Shown in pieces: positions 1-12,800 of a stretch of 64,000 bases of DNA. Below the pieces are notes generated by a model. That model saw nothing but the letters and a program-made list of their open reading frames with translations. It did no database searches and was not told the origin of the DNA. The first letter of the stretch is position 1. Each line of letters begins with the position of its first letter. A program made the translations under genes and the position numbers. Source of the DNA: Phoronis australis (taxonomy: Eukaryota; Animalia; Phoronida); the NCBI GenBank assembly GCA_002633005.1, contig NMRA01000275.1, positions 267,652-331,651 on the forward strand, read 5' to 3'.

Positions 1-602
1 CACCGGACACCTGGATTATTGAAAAATGTGCCAAGGATTAACCACTTTTTGCACAGTAAATTTCTTACTTATGAAATGACTGATGGCCTATTTATTTGAC
101 CGACGGCCGACCAGCCCATAATATTGAGAAAGTGATTATTTCAAGCAACTTTTTGTAAATTTTGCTGGTCTTTTTTAATTTAGGCAGCACCGTTGAACCC
201 ATCCAAAATCGAATTCTGGCCTTTCAAAAGATGGCTGCTGTAAAAACCCATGAATAGGAGTGTTCACTCAAGTTAACACTTTTGCTACAATCAAGCTAAA
301 GATACATATTGATGTTATGGATGTTTCACATTGAACAAAACTTTCTATAAGATTACTTGTGATATATGAACTAAAGAAATGGAAATTAAATGTTTCGTTT
401 CTTGGTTTTCCATGTATTTTTCAGTGATAAAAGTACCCACAAGATTCACCCTATTTTTCCAGTTAGACTGTGTGTGTGTAGTTCTGTACTAGTGTAATGA
501 TTTCTGCATAGTTTCTTTGAACTCCCGAAATTGAAATGGAACCCAAAAATTTTGGAAAGCCCCAGTAATTAGAAGTGTAGACTCCACCTGACATAAACCT
601 AC

Positions 603-845
603 CGTATTCACCATTACACACTCCATGATCCTTCATGGGGGTCTGGAACCGGATTAGCACTGCCTTGGCAGGGGGAGGTGCTTGAGTGTACGGTGGTGGT
701 TGACCTGATGGTTCCAATAATGCCCCACTACTATTTGTAGACGGATCACAACAGGATGGATCACTCCTAGAAACACTTGACTCGGCATGGATGACAGGGC
801 TGGGCTCTGACTGACTGGCACTGACCACTATTTCGGAAGAACTCA
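603..845 (-). CDS. PHACTR: PHACTR internal exon (Ser/Pro-rich linker)
   Basis: Open 243-nt phase 1-1 exon, CCCTAG acceptor, GTAGGT donor, VSSSEIVVS...QPPPYTQAPPPAKAVLIRF...GEY. Confidence 0.75.
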
Positions 846-3800
846 CTAGGGTAAAGAAAAAGCAATGAATAGTAACACCACATGTTCACATAAACTGCCA
901 AAAAATGTTGAACACCTGCTAGTGTCCCAGTGTTACAAAACATCCTTCATCCAGTTACACCATAGAGCGAAGATATTGTACGCCAGCAACAGCGACTTCA
1001 ATGCAACAGCAGTGAAAAATGATGACGGCCATCCACACTAGCCTACGGTTAACATTGAAGCATCAACGGGTGTTCATTACATTGCCACTGAGGGGAAGCT
1101 AGAGTAGACAAAATCCATATGTGTCAGTATCCTTAGATGCAAACAATTTGTAAAAAAATGAAGAAAGATAGTAGCACACAGCATTAGATATCTTGAGTAA
1201 AACACAACACATTATGGTTTGATACATAATCCCTGTGCTGCCCAAATATTCCGATTCCAAGCAATGACAAAATTATAGAACTACAATCTACAGTAATGCA
1301 GAGCATTGATGTGTGCCCACAGATAGCCAAGAAAATAATATCACACACATTGGTCAATTTAAATAGCACAAAAGATTTTGGACAAGTGGAAATATTTTGT
1401 CAAATTTAACAATAAAATTAACGTTAAGAAAAAATGACTCCATCATTACAATGATTTGTACCAAACAACAAAAATCAAAGCTTTGGTAAAATTTTGATCA
1501 TTTCAACAATGTTCCAGCCTTTGACAAAGTATGGAAAATTGCGATCCTGACAATAATTTTTGTGCAAAATTAAAGAGAGATTACCATATCTTCAAATCCT
1601 GTCAAGCAACTTTGACAATAAACAACAGCCAAGGATCATTTTGTTGAAAACTAAATTGGCTAACACAGAAGGCTATGGTACTTGGAAGTTGCTAAGTGGT
1701 GCCAGCCTATTCCTACCACAGACTTCCTGATCATTTTTCATCAGTCAGATGAGTCATTTTTGACAGTAACCAATCAACAAGGAAGAACTTGTCAAAAGCT
1801 GAAATGGCCAATAGGGGTGCTGGTACAAGAGCATTTTCACCATATACCTTCGTGTCACTTTTTGTTGAGATCTATCAAGTGATCTCCAAGGACAAAGACT
1901 AACAATATACAAATGACCAGGCTGTGGACTATGCACATGCTACTCCAAAATTTTCAAGAGCGTATATATTTTAGTTCAGAATAACTTTACTGCTTTACAT
2001 CTCCAACACATCACATGAGAAGTGTAGGTGGTGCTGAACATTGGTTCAGCAAAAACTCTAATCACCATCTAGCATCACAGCTCATTTCAGAAATATAGAC
2101 AAGGAATTCAGTATACCACAAATTTCTGGAAAATATTTTCAAATAAAATACTGACTCTAGCAATCAATGAGCCAATAAACCAACATCCTGTCAAAAATAA
2201 TGTTTCATTAAGACCACTTACTACAATAATAAAATCGGTCTCACCATGTTTCTTATTTGATGGCACACTATTGTTTTCAAGCCACAATTGAATTTACATA
2301 ATCCAATTTCATTAAAAATTGGAGCCTGCAAGGTTAGCTGGGCATGATTGGCTATTGTACTTGTTGTGGTATATATTTTAAATTGCTCGACATATCAGTG
2401 CTAAGTGAAAATCATTTAACACCAAAAGTTTTCATGGTGACTACATTACTCCGCATTAGAAGTTTGTTTTAAGTGTCACCATTCAGTGCCATCTACTGAG
2501 CATGTTCAAGATCATCTTCAAATGTGACAGGAATGGAATAGATTTACGCATTCAAAATTTAACCTGGTCTTTTCTCTATGTACTAATGTCAACTGAAACT
2601 GAGGGTACATAAGTTCAAGTGAACCAGAATCAACAAATTCCATTCCAGATATAGAAGACAACACAAATCATATACACCTCTATACTAACATTACTGAACA
2701 GCAAAAATGCAATAGAGCTTCACTCTACCATATAGTCCTAAAGACTCACCAACATTTTCATACGTATGCTCGTCTGCGACTGGTAGCGGACTGTCCACTT
2801 CACTTATGGAAGCGTCCACTTCGCCAGAGTCAGGCGTGGGTGGTTCACCTGTGTCACCAATTTGTTTTATAGGCTCTTCTTTGTCTGTCAGTTTAATGTC
2901 CTCTATGACGGTGGCTACTGGTTCACCTGCAGCTCCATTATTTGTCGTTTTAACAGGTTCATTCTCGTCAGTTTCATCCACTTTGTCTAAAAACAAACAG
3001 AAACGAGATGTTTACAAAGCTTCAAGTTATCCAGTTCAAGTAAGTGATGCACTTAAACTGACATGGCATATGATGTCTTGAAGTCACATTTAAGATTAAG
3101 TAGGACCAGATATAAAAAAGGTCAAATTTGAGTAACTTCAGAACATAATGTTTCAGAAATGGCTGTCTGGGTTCAAGTGACACATTCAGATACTGTTTTG
3201 TGCACAATACTCCAAAATGCTGTTGGGAATTGCTTTAGACCCACTTTTGCATGAGAAGCAATCAAAAATAGGATTTTTAATGATTATTATGAAAAAGGAA
3301 AAAGTACTGCTTTCAGAAAATACATTGAACTTTTCTTGAGATCAGTTATGTTTCGTAGATTTTTGACTAAATGCAGACTTGTCATTAAAGTCCTACATAT
3401 TAAAGTAGTAAGCTTGATTCTGACTACTGACACCACTTGAAGTCAGCTTTGATTCTGACTAATAGCACCACTTGCCTCCAAGGAAAATGCGTTCCAGGTC
3501 TATAAGACAGAAAAAAATGACAGATATATTCTAAGCCCTCACCCGGGTATAAGACCAGGGCCTTCGATGTGTGGATTCTAATACCGAATATCGGCTTCAT
3601 TCTCTTCTGAAAAACATGTAAGATCATGCAGAATTGCCCTCACTATACTCAAAAGTTCCCCTCAAATGACGAAAATTATCAGAGGTTCCAATCAATTTCA
3701 ACACATGCAGAATGTTGGCATCAAAAGGTTTTATTAAATGGAAACTGCACATTCGACAATTAGGCTTTGTTGTGGAGAAATGGAGAAATATTAGTTGATT

Positions 3801-6800
3801 GCAAGTGGTCACACCCATTCTTCTTCTTTCCCATGTATAAACCCAACCCTTCTACAAAGTTTATCGCTCAGGTCAAATCAAAGTATCAATTTTCTCTGGC
3901 TTCAGTCCATTTTAGGTCATCAGGTTGTAGACTTCAAGTCATTGCAATTGATACACAAGCCTATGGGTTCGTGTACAAATGTCCAACACGAGTTCGCATT
4001 TTGGAGCTCACAAAATACAAGGCCCATGGGTTTAACTTACATAGATGCTGTTATCCGAGAACTATTTATGTACAATTGAATAGTAGCACTACTCTGGTTT
4101 GGCCCCAGAGGTGGTGATAGTTCACCACAAAAACTTACTAATTTCAATATACAATGAATAAAATCGTGGTGAAGAAGTTCATGCCTTCGTGGCAACCAAA
4201 ATGTGGAGCTGGAATTCTTTGCGAAATCTGTCTTAATCGCCATAGACATGCTTCAATGAGTGAAAGCATAGAACTAGAAACGATTGCTGATGAAAGTACG
4301 TGCTTATTACAAGTCTGGTTTCCGTCCCTTGCATTCCACTCTCACTACAAACATTCAAGCTGAGTTTATCTTACATAATATGTTTCAGGGGAGGCTTACT
4401 GGTGCTGTCTTTGCTGACCTTAAGAAAGCCTTTGACAATGTGGACCCTGGTATCCTATTGCAGAAACTTGAGTCTTATGGAGTTAATGAGAACGAACTCC
4501 TTTGGTTTAAAAACTACTTATACGACCGTAAACAGGCCACCAAATACAGTGGTATTCTTTCTGACTACTCAACCGTAAGCACGGGCGTACCTCACGGTTC
4601 CATTCTGGGCCCTCTATTATTCACTATTTTTGTTAACGACCTCCCAACTGTCCTCCACGACAGTGTCCCAGTTTTATATGGTGATAACACTGCAGTTATG
4701 TCCACAGCTGGATCAGTAAAAGAACTCGAAACTTCTCTCAACAATGAGCTAGCCCTTATCCATGACTGGCTGATTCAAAATAAATTCACTCTTAACGTTA
4801 GTAAAACCAAGTCGATGCTGTTGGGAACCCACCAGAAATTAAAACAACAAAAACTGTCCCTTCCTATCATTGGTTCTCCCATTGAGAATGTTGAAAAGTT
4901 TAAGTACTTGGGCCTTATTTTAGATCCCAATCTTAAATTTAATATGCACATAGATCACATCACAAAGAAATTATCAAAGAAAATCGGTGTACTTGAGCGT
5001 CTAGGCAAATTTCTTAAGGTCAGTACTCTTAAGACACTTTTACCATTCTATTATTCAGCCTCACATTGATTATTGTTTACCGGTTTGGGGGCATAACAGT
5101 GACAAACTTGTCAGCAAAGTCCACGTAATTCAAAATAGAGCCGCCAGGGCTATCCTGGGTACTAGAATTAGGGACACCAAGGACGATGACTTGTATTCCA
5201 AGCTGGGATTTATGAAAGTAAAACAAAGAAATAAATATCTCTCAGCTTGCTGTATGTACAGATGTATAAATGGCTTGGCTCCAGCATGTCTCAACCGAAA
5301 ATTCAATAGCAGTCAAGCTGTATATTCTACACGCTCTTCTGTTGCTAGAAATGCCTATTTAAAAAAAATTAAAACCCAAGACCGGCAAGAGATCTTTTAT
5401 CTATGCTGCTGCTACAATATGGACTTCTCTTAGCCCAGAAATTAAACGGTCCGATTCAATTGATACTTTCAAATGTAATATTAAAAAGTTGCTGTAATTT
5501 ATCTAACCTTTTCATACCCTACCTGTCTTAATCACGTCATTCTTTCATTGTCGTAAATACTCTTACTGTTAATAGTTATCTCTTTATTTATTTCATCTCT
5601 CTTAGTTAAATTTTCACCATTCTTTGTCATTTAGTTATTGTCTTAATTCTCAACATGTTTTAATTGTATCTTTGTTACGTATGTTTTTTATTGCTGTTTT
5701 ATTACTTCATTGTATTATATTACTGTTTTTTGTTGTTGAGGGCCGTCTTGGAAAGCAGTGCTATACTGAAGAGGCCATCCTCTTTTTAAATATCACAATA
5801 AATAAATAAATAAATATTTATATTAAAGTGAAAATTGGTTACTTGGTACACGGTAGCTGTAACTGGACTACTGCCATTTAAAATACATGGGGTTTAAATG
5901 CATGCAAAGCCTGATAGAAAGTATTGTAGCCTTAATGACAGAATGATAAGAGCTAGTCAGCCTGCCAGTTCCAGACCATTACTTAAACTTACGGCGCCAG
6001 CACGTGACTTCTAATATTTGACAAGTCCAAAGTATACCCTCCTGATAGAAAATTCCTTCTAACTGACGATGTGCATATTTCATAGACTTAACTAAATTTT
6101 GCACTTTTCTCCACTCATCTACAACATTAGCTCAGGCTCATTGAAGAAATAGATAGAAAGAGAAAGAAACATTGGTTCATTTGAGCTCAACTGTTTTGAT
6201 TTCTGGACTCTCCCCTCACAATGACATGTACCTGTACGGTCTGTTTTCCACCTGTGTCACCTGATGGAATAATGTGAACTTTTGCATTGAGAATGGCTTA
6301 TAGTGAATAAACCGAAACATCGAATCAATATGTCTTGCGTTTACTTACACACTAATTTTAAAGTTCATGCCCATGTTTTAGCCAAAAAAATGTGATGTAT
6401 CGCATTTCAGGGTTTAGGTAACTGAACTAGATCAGGCAGAAACTACCAAAATTCATTTAGTGATTTAGCTAGATATTTACCAGCTGCTCTTCAACTTTCA
6501 AAATTGATACAAGCCGAGAAAAAACTCAATGACTATAAGATAAGTTTACTTATTCCTAAACAGTTCTTCTAATATTCAGTAAATTGTCAGTGAAGTGACT
6601 CCAAACTTCAACAGCTCAGAAGTAAGACACTGACACAGTGACAGTACTAGTACCATGTTGTCAGTATCCTAGTTGACCGATATTTTAGTGCTGTCAGGAA
6701 AATCTTGTAATTTTATGTGCATCATCGAGCTTCATTATTAAGCAAAACTCATAAAATTTTAAGGCATTCTGTGACTTGAACTTTTATTAGCCTGGTCTGA

Positions 6801-9800
6801 CGAAAACGGACTGTCAGTTTCACTAAACGAGCCCATTGATGTCTTCTTAACTGATTAAGGAACGAGATAAATTTGTGACTGAAATAACGGGCTTAATACC
6901 GCTTAAAGGCAAACCTGATATACATTGTTGAATGAAGGTAAACATAAGTCATATTGCAACAACAAGGATGCAGGAATCACTGCTAAGCTAATGCCAAACC
7001 CAAGCCAGGGATAACAATAACAAGACAATTGCGAAGCCGTGACTATTTCTTGAAAATCATGAAAATGAACCGCTCGCACTTTTACCACTTAATTATTATT
7101 ACCTTTAGACAAGCATGATGAACCCATCGTCAATTACCAGCTACGAAAAATCCGTTTCCTTCTCCAAAGGAGGGACCTCATAAATCAGGAGCAGCCATGT
7201 TAGATCTGCCTTCCATTAAATAGGTCAAGATGACACCTAACCATGGGAGATAACTTGAACTTGACACAGCACAGTTCATTGGTCTGAGGCTGGGAAGTCC
7301 CAGGTCTGTGGGTTGTGGTTGAAAGAAACTCCAACCCACAACAATGATTTTGATGACATAATGCTCAACATATATACTGCATTTCAATGATCTAAATTAT
7401 CTGGACTGATAATTACCCAGAATATGAAATTCCAAGTCCTTGATGTCTTCTCATTCAAAAAACAATTTGTCTGAGAATTGACCTATCGCAAGCTACGCCC
7501 CCTTGCGTAAAGTCGAATAACAAACAATAAGTTTTACCCGGCAACATGTTGTTTGTCGGGTAAAATGGCAGCTGGGAAACAAGGGTGTGTTAATAATTCT
7601 GCGTTCTAAATGGTCAGATAAGCCGTCACTCAAAATCCTGGCGATTGGTCAATCAATTAGCGACTCTCAATACCCAACCACCTTAAGCAATTGACCAATT
7701 GTGATTTTATGAACCAGCGTGTAGATTACTGTGCTCACATACTTTTGAAATGCAAAAATAGACAAGGGTTACCGGTAACTGAATTTAGATCTTGATGAAC
7801 ATCGAGAACCATTTAATTCTAACCCCCAACCATACCATTTGAAGGAATTTGAATTATATTTATCCCTTTTGAAGCAGTTAGAAAGCACCAAAAATGATTT
7901 AAATAATTTAGACCATTAAGTGGAGTAAGTTCGACTTCCAGTTATAGATAATTTAGACCCCAAAATACAAGATCAAAATTAGTTACTTGGCATTTTTTCT
8001 AGCAAAGTAAGTTACTATATATTGTCTTTGCTGTCTTAGTTTCTTGTAGTTCTTGAATGTGGGATGGTCAACCATTTAATGAATTCCAAAAATTCAGTAG
8101 AAGCTAAAACCTTGAGCAAAATTATTATTTTTTCATTATGCCAAAATTGAAGAATTCTTGAAAATGAAGTGAACCTAAGGGCTTCATATTAGTCAACTCG
8201 TGCGCACACTATATTTGGGATTTGTTACACTAACGCCTAAGCGAGCCTATGGTATAACCTGTCCCAATCAATTCACAAATTAATGCTTGTGGCTTAGCCG
8301 CGTTGCTGAAGAAAAGCTATTTGATACTTTTGCTTTTAATGCAACAATTTTAAAAATTCAAAAACAACTACTATTTACTTTCCGATTTTTTAAAAGAACA
8401 GTGGATCGTTTACCTTACTTATTGCTCATTTTTTTAATTTGAAATTCGAAAGCTAAACAAGCGTGTGGGTTTACAACCGCAATTATGTCATCCATCACGC
8501 TCAGTCAAGCTAAAAAATAGCGACTAGTTCTCTTCGATCCATGATGGCATCATCAACCCGTTGATGTGCCGAGCAATTCGCTAGATACTCTAAGGTAAAC
8601 AGTGCATGCTTTCTCGTCCACTTGCGTGCAAATCCTGTCAGAGTAACACTTATGCCTAATGATGGAGTACACACTGGACACACTACTTTCACTCATCTGA
8701 ATATGTCCAGTCTCCAGGCGTAGGTAATAAAAACATGGTAATTATGTCTGATCAGTCAGTGGTACTATTGGAAGATTCAGTTGATCTCAATTACAGTTAT
8801 CTCCCACAAAACTTGGCCAATTTTACTTAGGAAAAAAGCTCTGTATACAAATTTTTATGGGGAATTCAAATGGCAGCTGTTGTTTCCCTCAACAAAGATA
8901 GAAAAATGAATCAAACATCTTAATTCTTCACCCAAATCTTATCTTATCCCTGTCAGATTAAAGTACAATAAAGAGTAAATTGGATGGAAGAACTTGTGGT
9001 TTTCTGATCACACAGAGATGCCTGCCAGTCCATAATGCATAATGAAAATGTGATGTCATGTACCTATACAAGCAGTATCGACTGTGAATCTTGCTGTGAA
9101 CCAATTACCAGCCTTTCTATATGTTCCAACATTGTGTGCTGAATTTTTACTATTATTCAGAACTGTTTATGAGTATGTTTAAAGTTCCAAGCTTTATCAG
9201 TTGCACTGAGTATCAAAATCTATGAGGTTCAATTTACAATGTTATAGTCGCAACCTCACTTGACCCAATGCCAAAGGTGACGTACACGGGTCTAAATTTG
9301 AGATACTATAGTTAGAATGCTCGAAAAAGAGTGGATTATCAAATGAATCAAGTTATCCCAATTACGTAAATGTAATATGTGACAGGTTTAGTCCAGAATG
9401 TTTTTGTCGACTATCCTAAATTGACTGTCTACTTCACAAAAGCGTGGAGTTCTTCCCGCCATTTCACGCACACTAGGCACTATCACCAGCTGCTCACTGA
9501 ACAACTTTTAAGTAATGTCTCAAAGCAACAAACCTAAGAAGTATAGAAGTGGTTACTGATTATCAGATGAAACCAAGGTTCTAATCAGCATTTGGAGCAA
9601 GTCAATGATTCGAGTATAATGAATTCCTGAATGAAAGGATTGCAACAGCATAGTGACATCTTGTGTTTAGTATGGGAAGCTTTAAAGTACAGAAAGTAAA
9701 AGTCTGATGAAATGAGAAAGGCGACAATTAATGTTGGCAGGTTATCACGCTAATATAAAACATGTTCCAACCTCGAACAAGTCTGGACTAACCCTAATGC

Positions 9801-12800
9801 TAAAGTAGTTATAGACAAAAGTCAGGCAATAAGCCCATTTCTTCGTGACATTTAGCAAAACATGACTTCAGTGTTATCACAGCGACGCTTTTAACACATT
9901 GTACGAACTAAATTTTACAAGCGTAACCGTTTAAGGTAGGCTTTAATTGACAAAGTTCACAGAGGATTGTCAGGATGACAAAACATGCAACCAATTGAAT
10001 TTGCTGCAAACCCCATCAAAAATCTGATATTTCACCACAATAATCTTATCATCTGACAACACACTCACCCAGGTGATGTGGAGTAGACTCCGCCTCATCC
10101 CTCTCCTTGATTACTCCTTTGCGTATAAGTTCCTCTCTGCTGGTTCGTACTGATATTTTACGTTCTAAATCTGAAATTGACAGATACCAGAGTTTTAGAC
10201 AAGTAATGTTTACATGGACAGACAGCAACAAATAATAACTTTGAAGGTGAAATCAAGAGAGGTCTTTACAATGATTTTTCAATGATGTATAACGAGTGCA
10301 GTGTTACTGGACTCTTTTTCAAAATAAGTAGAATAATTAAATATCACGAGGTGAAAATACAGCAAAAATCGTTTATGTCCACAAGATTATTATGACCTTA
10401 TATTGACCATTGAACACAATCATAAAATCTAGTTGTTACGCAAGATCTGGTGACATTTCTGTCATATCCGAGACAAAACACCATCATAGTGGCCAACTGT
10501 CCAACTTTTGATAAGACCACGAATTTCATACAGCAGGAGACCAACTGGAAACTCTCATTCAAACTTGGGCACCCTGGTTAGGACACCTTATGTAGTCCAA
10601 AGTAAAGTAAGCAAGAAAGCATTGTGTTCAATAGCACTGGAAGTTTGGTTAACTTTGGAACATCGTATCTCTGAATAGCTGATTAGATTCATACATGTAT
10701 GCTACTTTCATACAACATGGTTTATGCAGTGTTCTATAACACGTTGTTGGGAAATTTTGAAATATTCCACTTCTGCATGAGGACCTCTCAATAACTAGAA
10801 TTTTATGGTTTTTATGGAAAACCTATAAGATGCACAAAACATTAATGCAATATTTTAGAAAAGTGTAACAGCATTTTGGGGATTTCATCTTAAGCATCTA
10901 AATCACATGAAATTTTATTGTATTATTGATAATATTGTTTGTCTAAATGTAAATTGTTTTTTTGCTAACTTTTCATAACATGTCAGATTCATAAAAAATT
11001 GAAAATCAGTCTACGGACTTAACACTTTCAGAAAATACTTCCAGAGTTAATTTCTAAAGTATATATTTGGTGAAATGCAGACTAGTTAATAAGGTAAGAT
11101 ACTGACAATAAACATTATTGCAGACCCGTGTCTCCGCAATATCATACCACCCAGTAAGAGCAATTTGACTTGGGATAAACAGTCATGCATAATTGATTAT
11201 TAATGCCCTGAAAACTGGAAAGCCCATTATGGACATCTAAGTCCTCAGGATGAACCTCAGGAAGGACCGTCCTACTTTTTGAGGCTGCCTCCTGACAGAG
11301 GAACTTTTTGGTCTCACACGATCAAGTTCACAAGCACACGCAGTGTTAATGTGCATATTTTTGTGCTTTTCAACGGTAACTACCTCTATTTCTTTCACGT
11401 ACACTACAACATATGTTGTTGGCATGATTTTTCTACCTGTTATGACAGATATTTTCCCGTGCACTATCCCAGATCCATATGTCCCACTTTTACATTTTGT
11501 AATGTTGGCAGTTCATAGAGGGCGCCCGGTCGTATAACAAAAAATTCGGACAGTATTATAACATTGAAAGCAGTGTTGTGAATAAACAATACCTTGTCGA
11601 AAAAAATTACTTATAACGGACCTATCACAGTTTAGAGAGGTGGATGCTCATCCACCCTTCGGCCATGGCATTGTCACAGAAAATCACCACGTCATGCATG
11701 CTAGGCTCAAGAAACCATTGACATCGTTATTGACTATGCACTCTAGTGACCAAACAACAGCGCTCCCACATGAGTACGGCAACACACAAACTTTTTTTTG
11801 CCATGTTTTTGCCAGCATCTCTCTCATTGTGAGCCTAATAGTGACAAACATGTTATAGTGTGGACTTTTAGGAGATGGGCAGAAGAATTCAATACACACA
11901 CGAATTGTGAATGGTTTCTAAAAGACAACAAAAACTCTTAATTTCCTTCATTTACCTATAGCTGTCTTTTCAATTCTCTCACTTTTCTTTTTCCGTCTCC
12001 ATTTCCAAGGTCGGAAAATCTTGCCTAGAAGTGCAAACCTGCTCTTCTTCTGAGGCATCACAGGTTTTACATCTCCATTCTTGGTTTTTTCTGAAAAAAA
12101 AACAAAAACATATAAATTATCTGCAGACACAGCAACCATTCAGATAATTCAAAAAGCAACTGTTACTCTGGTCAACGAACTGCCACATGCTCCGTCCACC
12201 GATTAGCCCAATTAATTACCCAGTTATTTTTGACAACGTAATGACAAAATACAATTAGTTGCCACAATCTCAAACATGAAAGACATGGTTTCTTCAGTGA
12301 CAGGTCCTTCGATTTACCGCAGAAAAACAGTAGACTTAATGAAACAATTTCGCATAACTAAGCCAAAGAATGTTGCCGTCTGATCTCAACATCAATCACA
12401 TTCATCTTGATTGGTGTATTCAACACACCTGTTACCGGGTTTTGCTTACTTCTATGCAAATGGTCTTACCGATTTCTAATTTTCTGCGTCAATTAGAGGA
12501 GGTGGGAGGAGGAGAGGAGAGGGGGGTTTGGTTATTCACTAATCCTTAGGGGTAATAAAACAATAATCCTCTCAGCCAAGATTATAAACCCTGTTACTGA
12601 TACTATTTGTTTTGTTATAAATGTACTTTTTTGCTAAATTTTACTAAAAAGACATAGTCACGTGACCCAATTAAAGACAGACTGTAGTGTTCTCCATTAC
12701 TGAAAACCCAGACATGTCAGAAGGGCACTAACTCCAACAAATGTGCTGGATGCAAGCAGCAGTCAACGTTCTCGATCTCTCTCGGTAGAGCACCAGGTTT

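Noticed and set aside
3305-3390. Possible intronic C/D snoRNA family (related segments at about 11020-11100 and 16070-16150 ending in CTGAAAG on the - strand)
   Set aside because: Box C is degenerate (ATGACAA) and not kept in the other copies; more likely an old dispersed repeat.
3420-4300. Cluster of overlapping short ORFs upstream of the LINE RT
   Set aside because: No recognisable endonuclease, transposase or other domain in any frame; left unassigned.
6232-6296. Possible extra PHACTR exon
   Set aside because: The best donor gives phase 0, incompatible with the flanking phase-1 exons.
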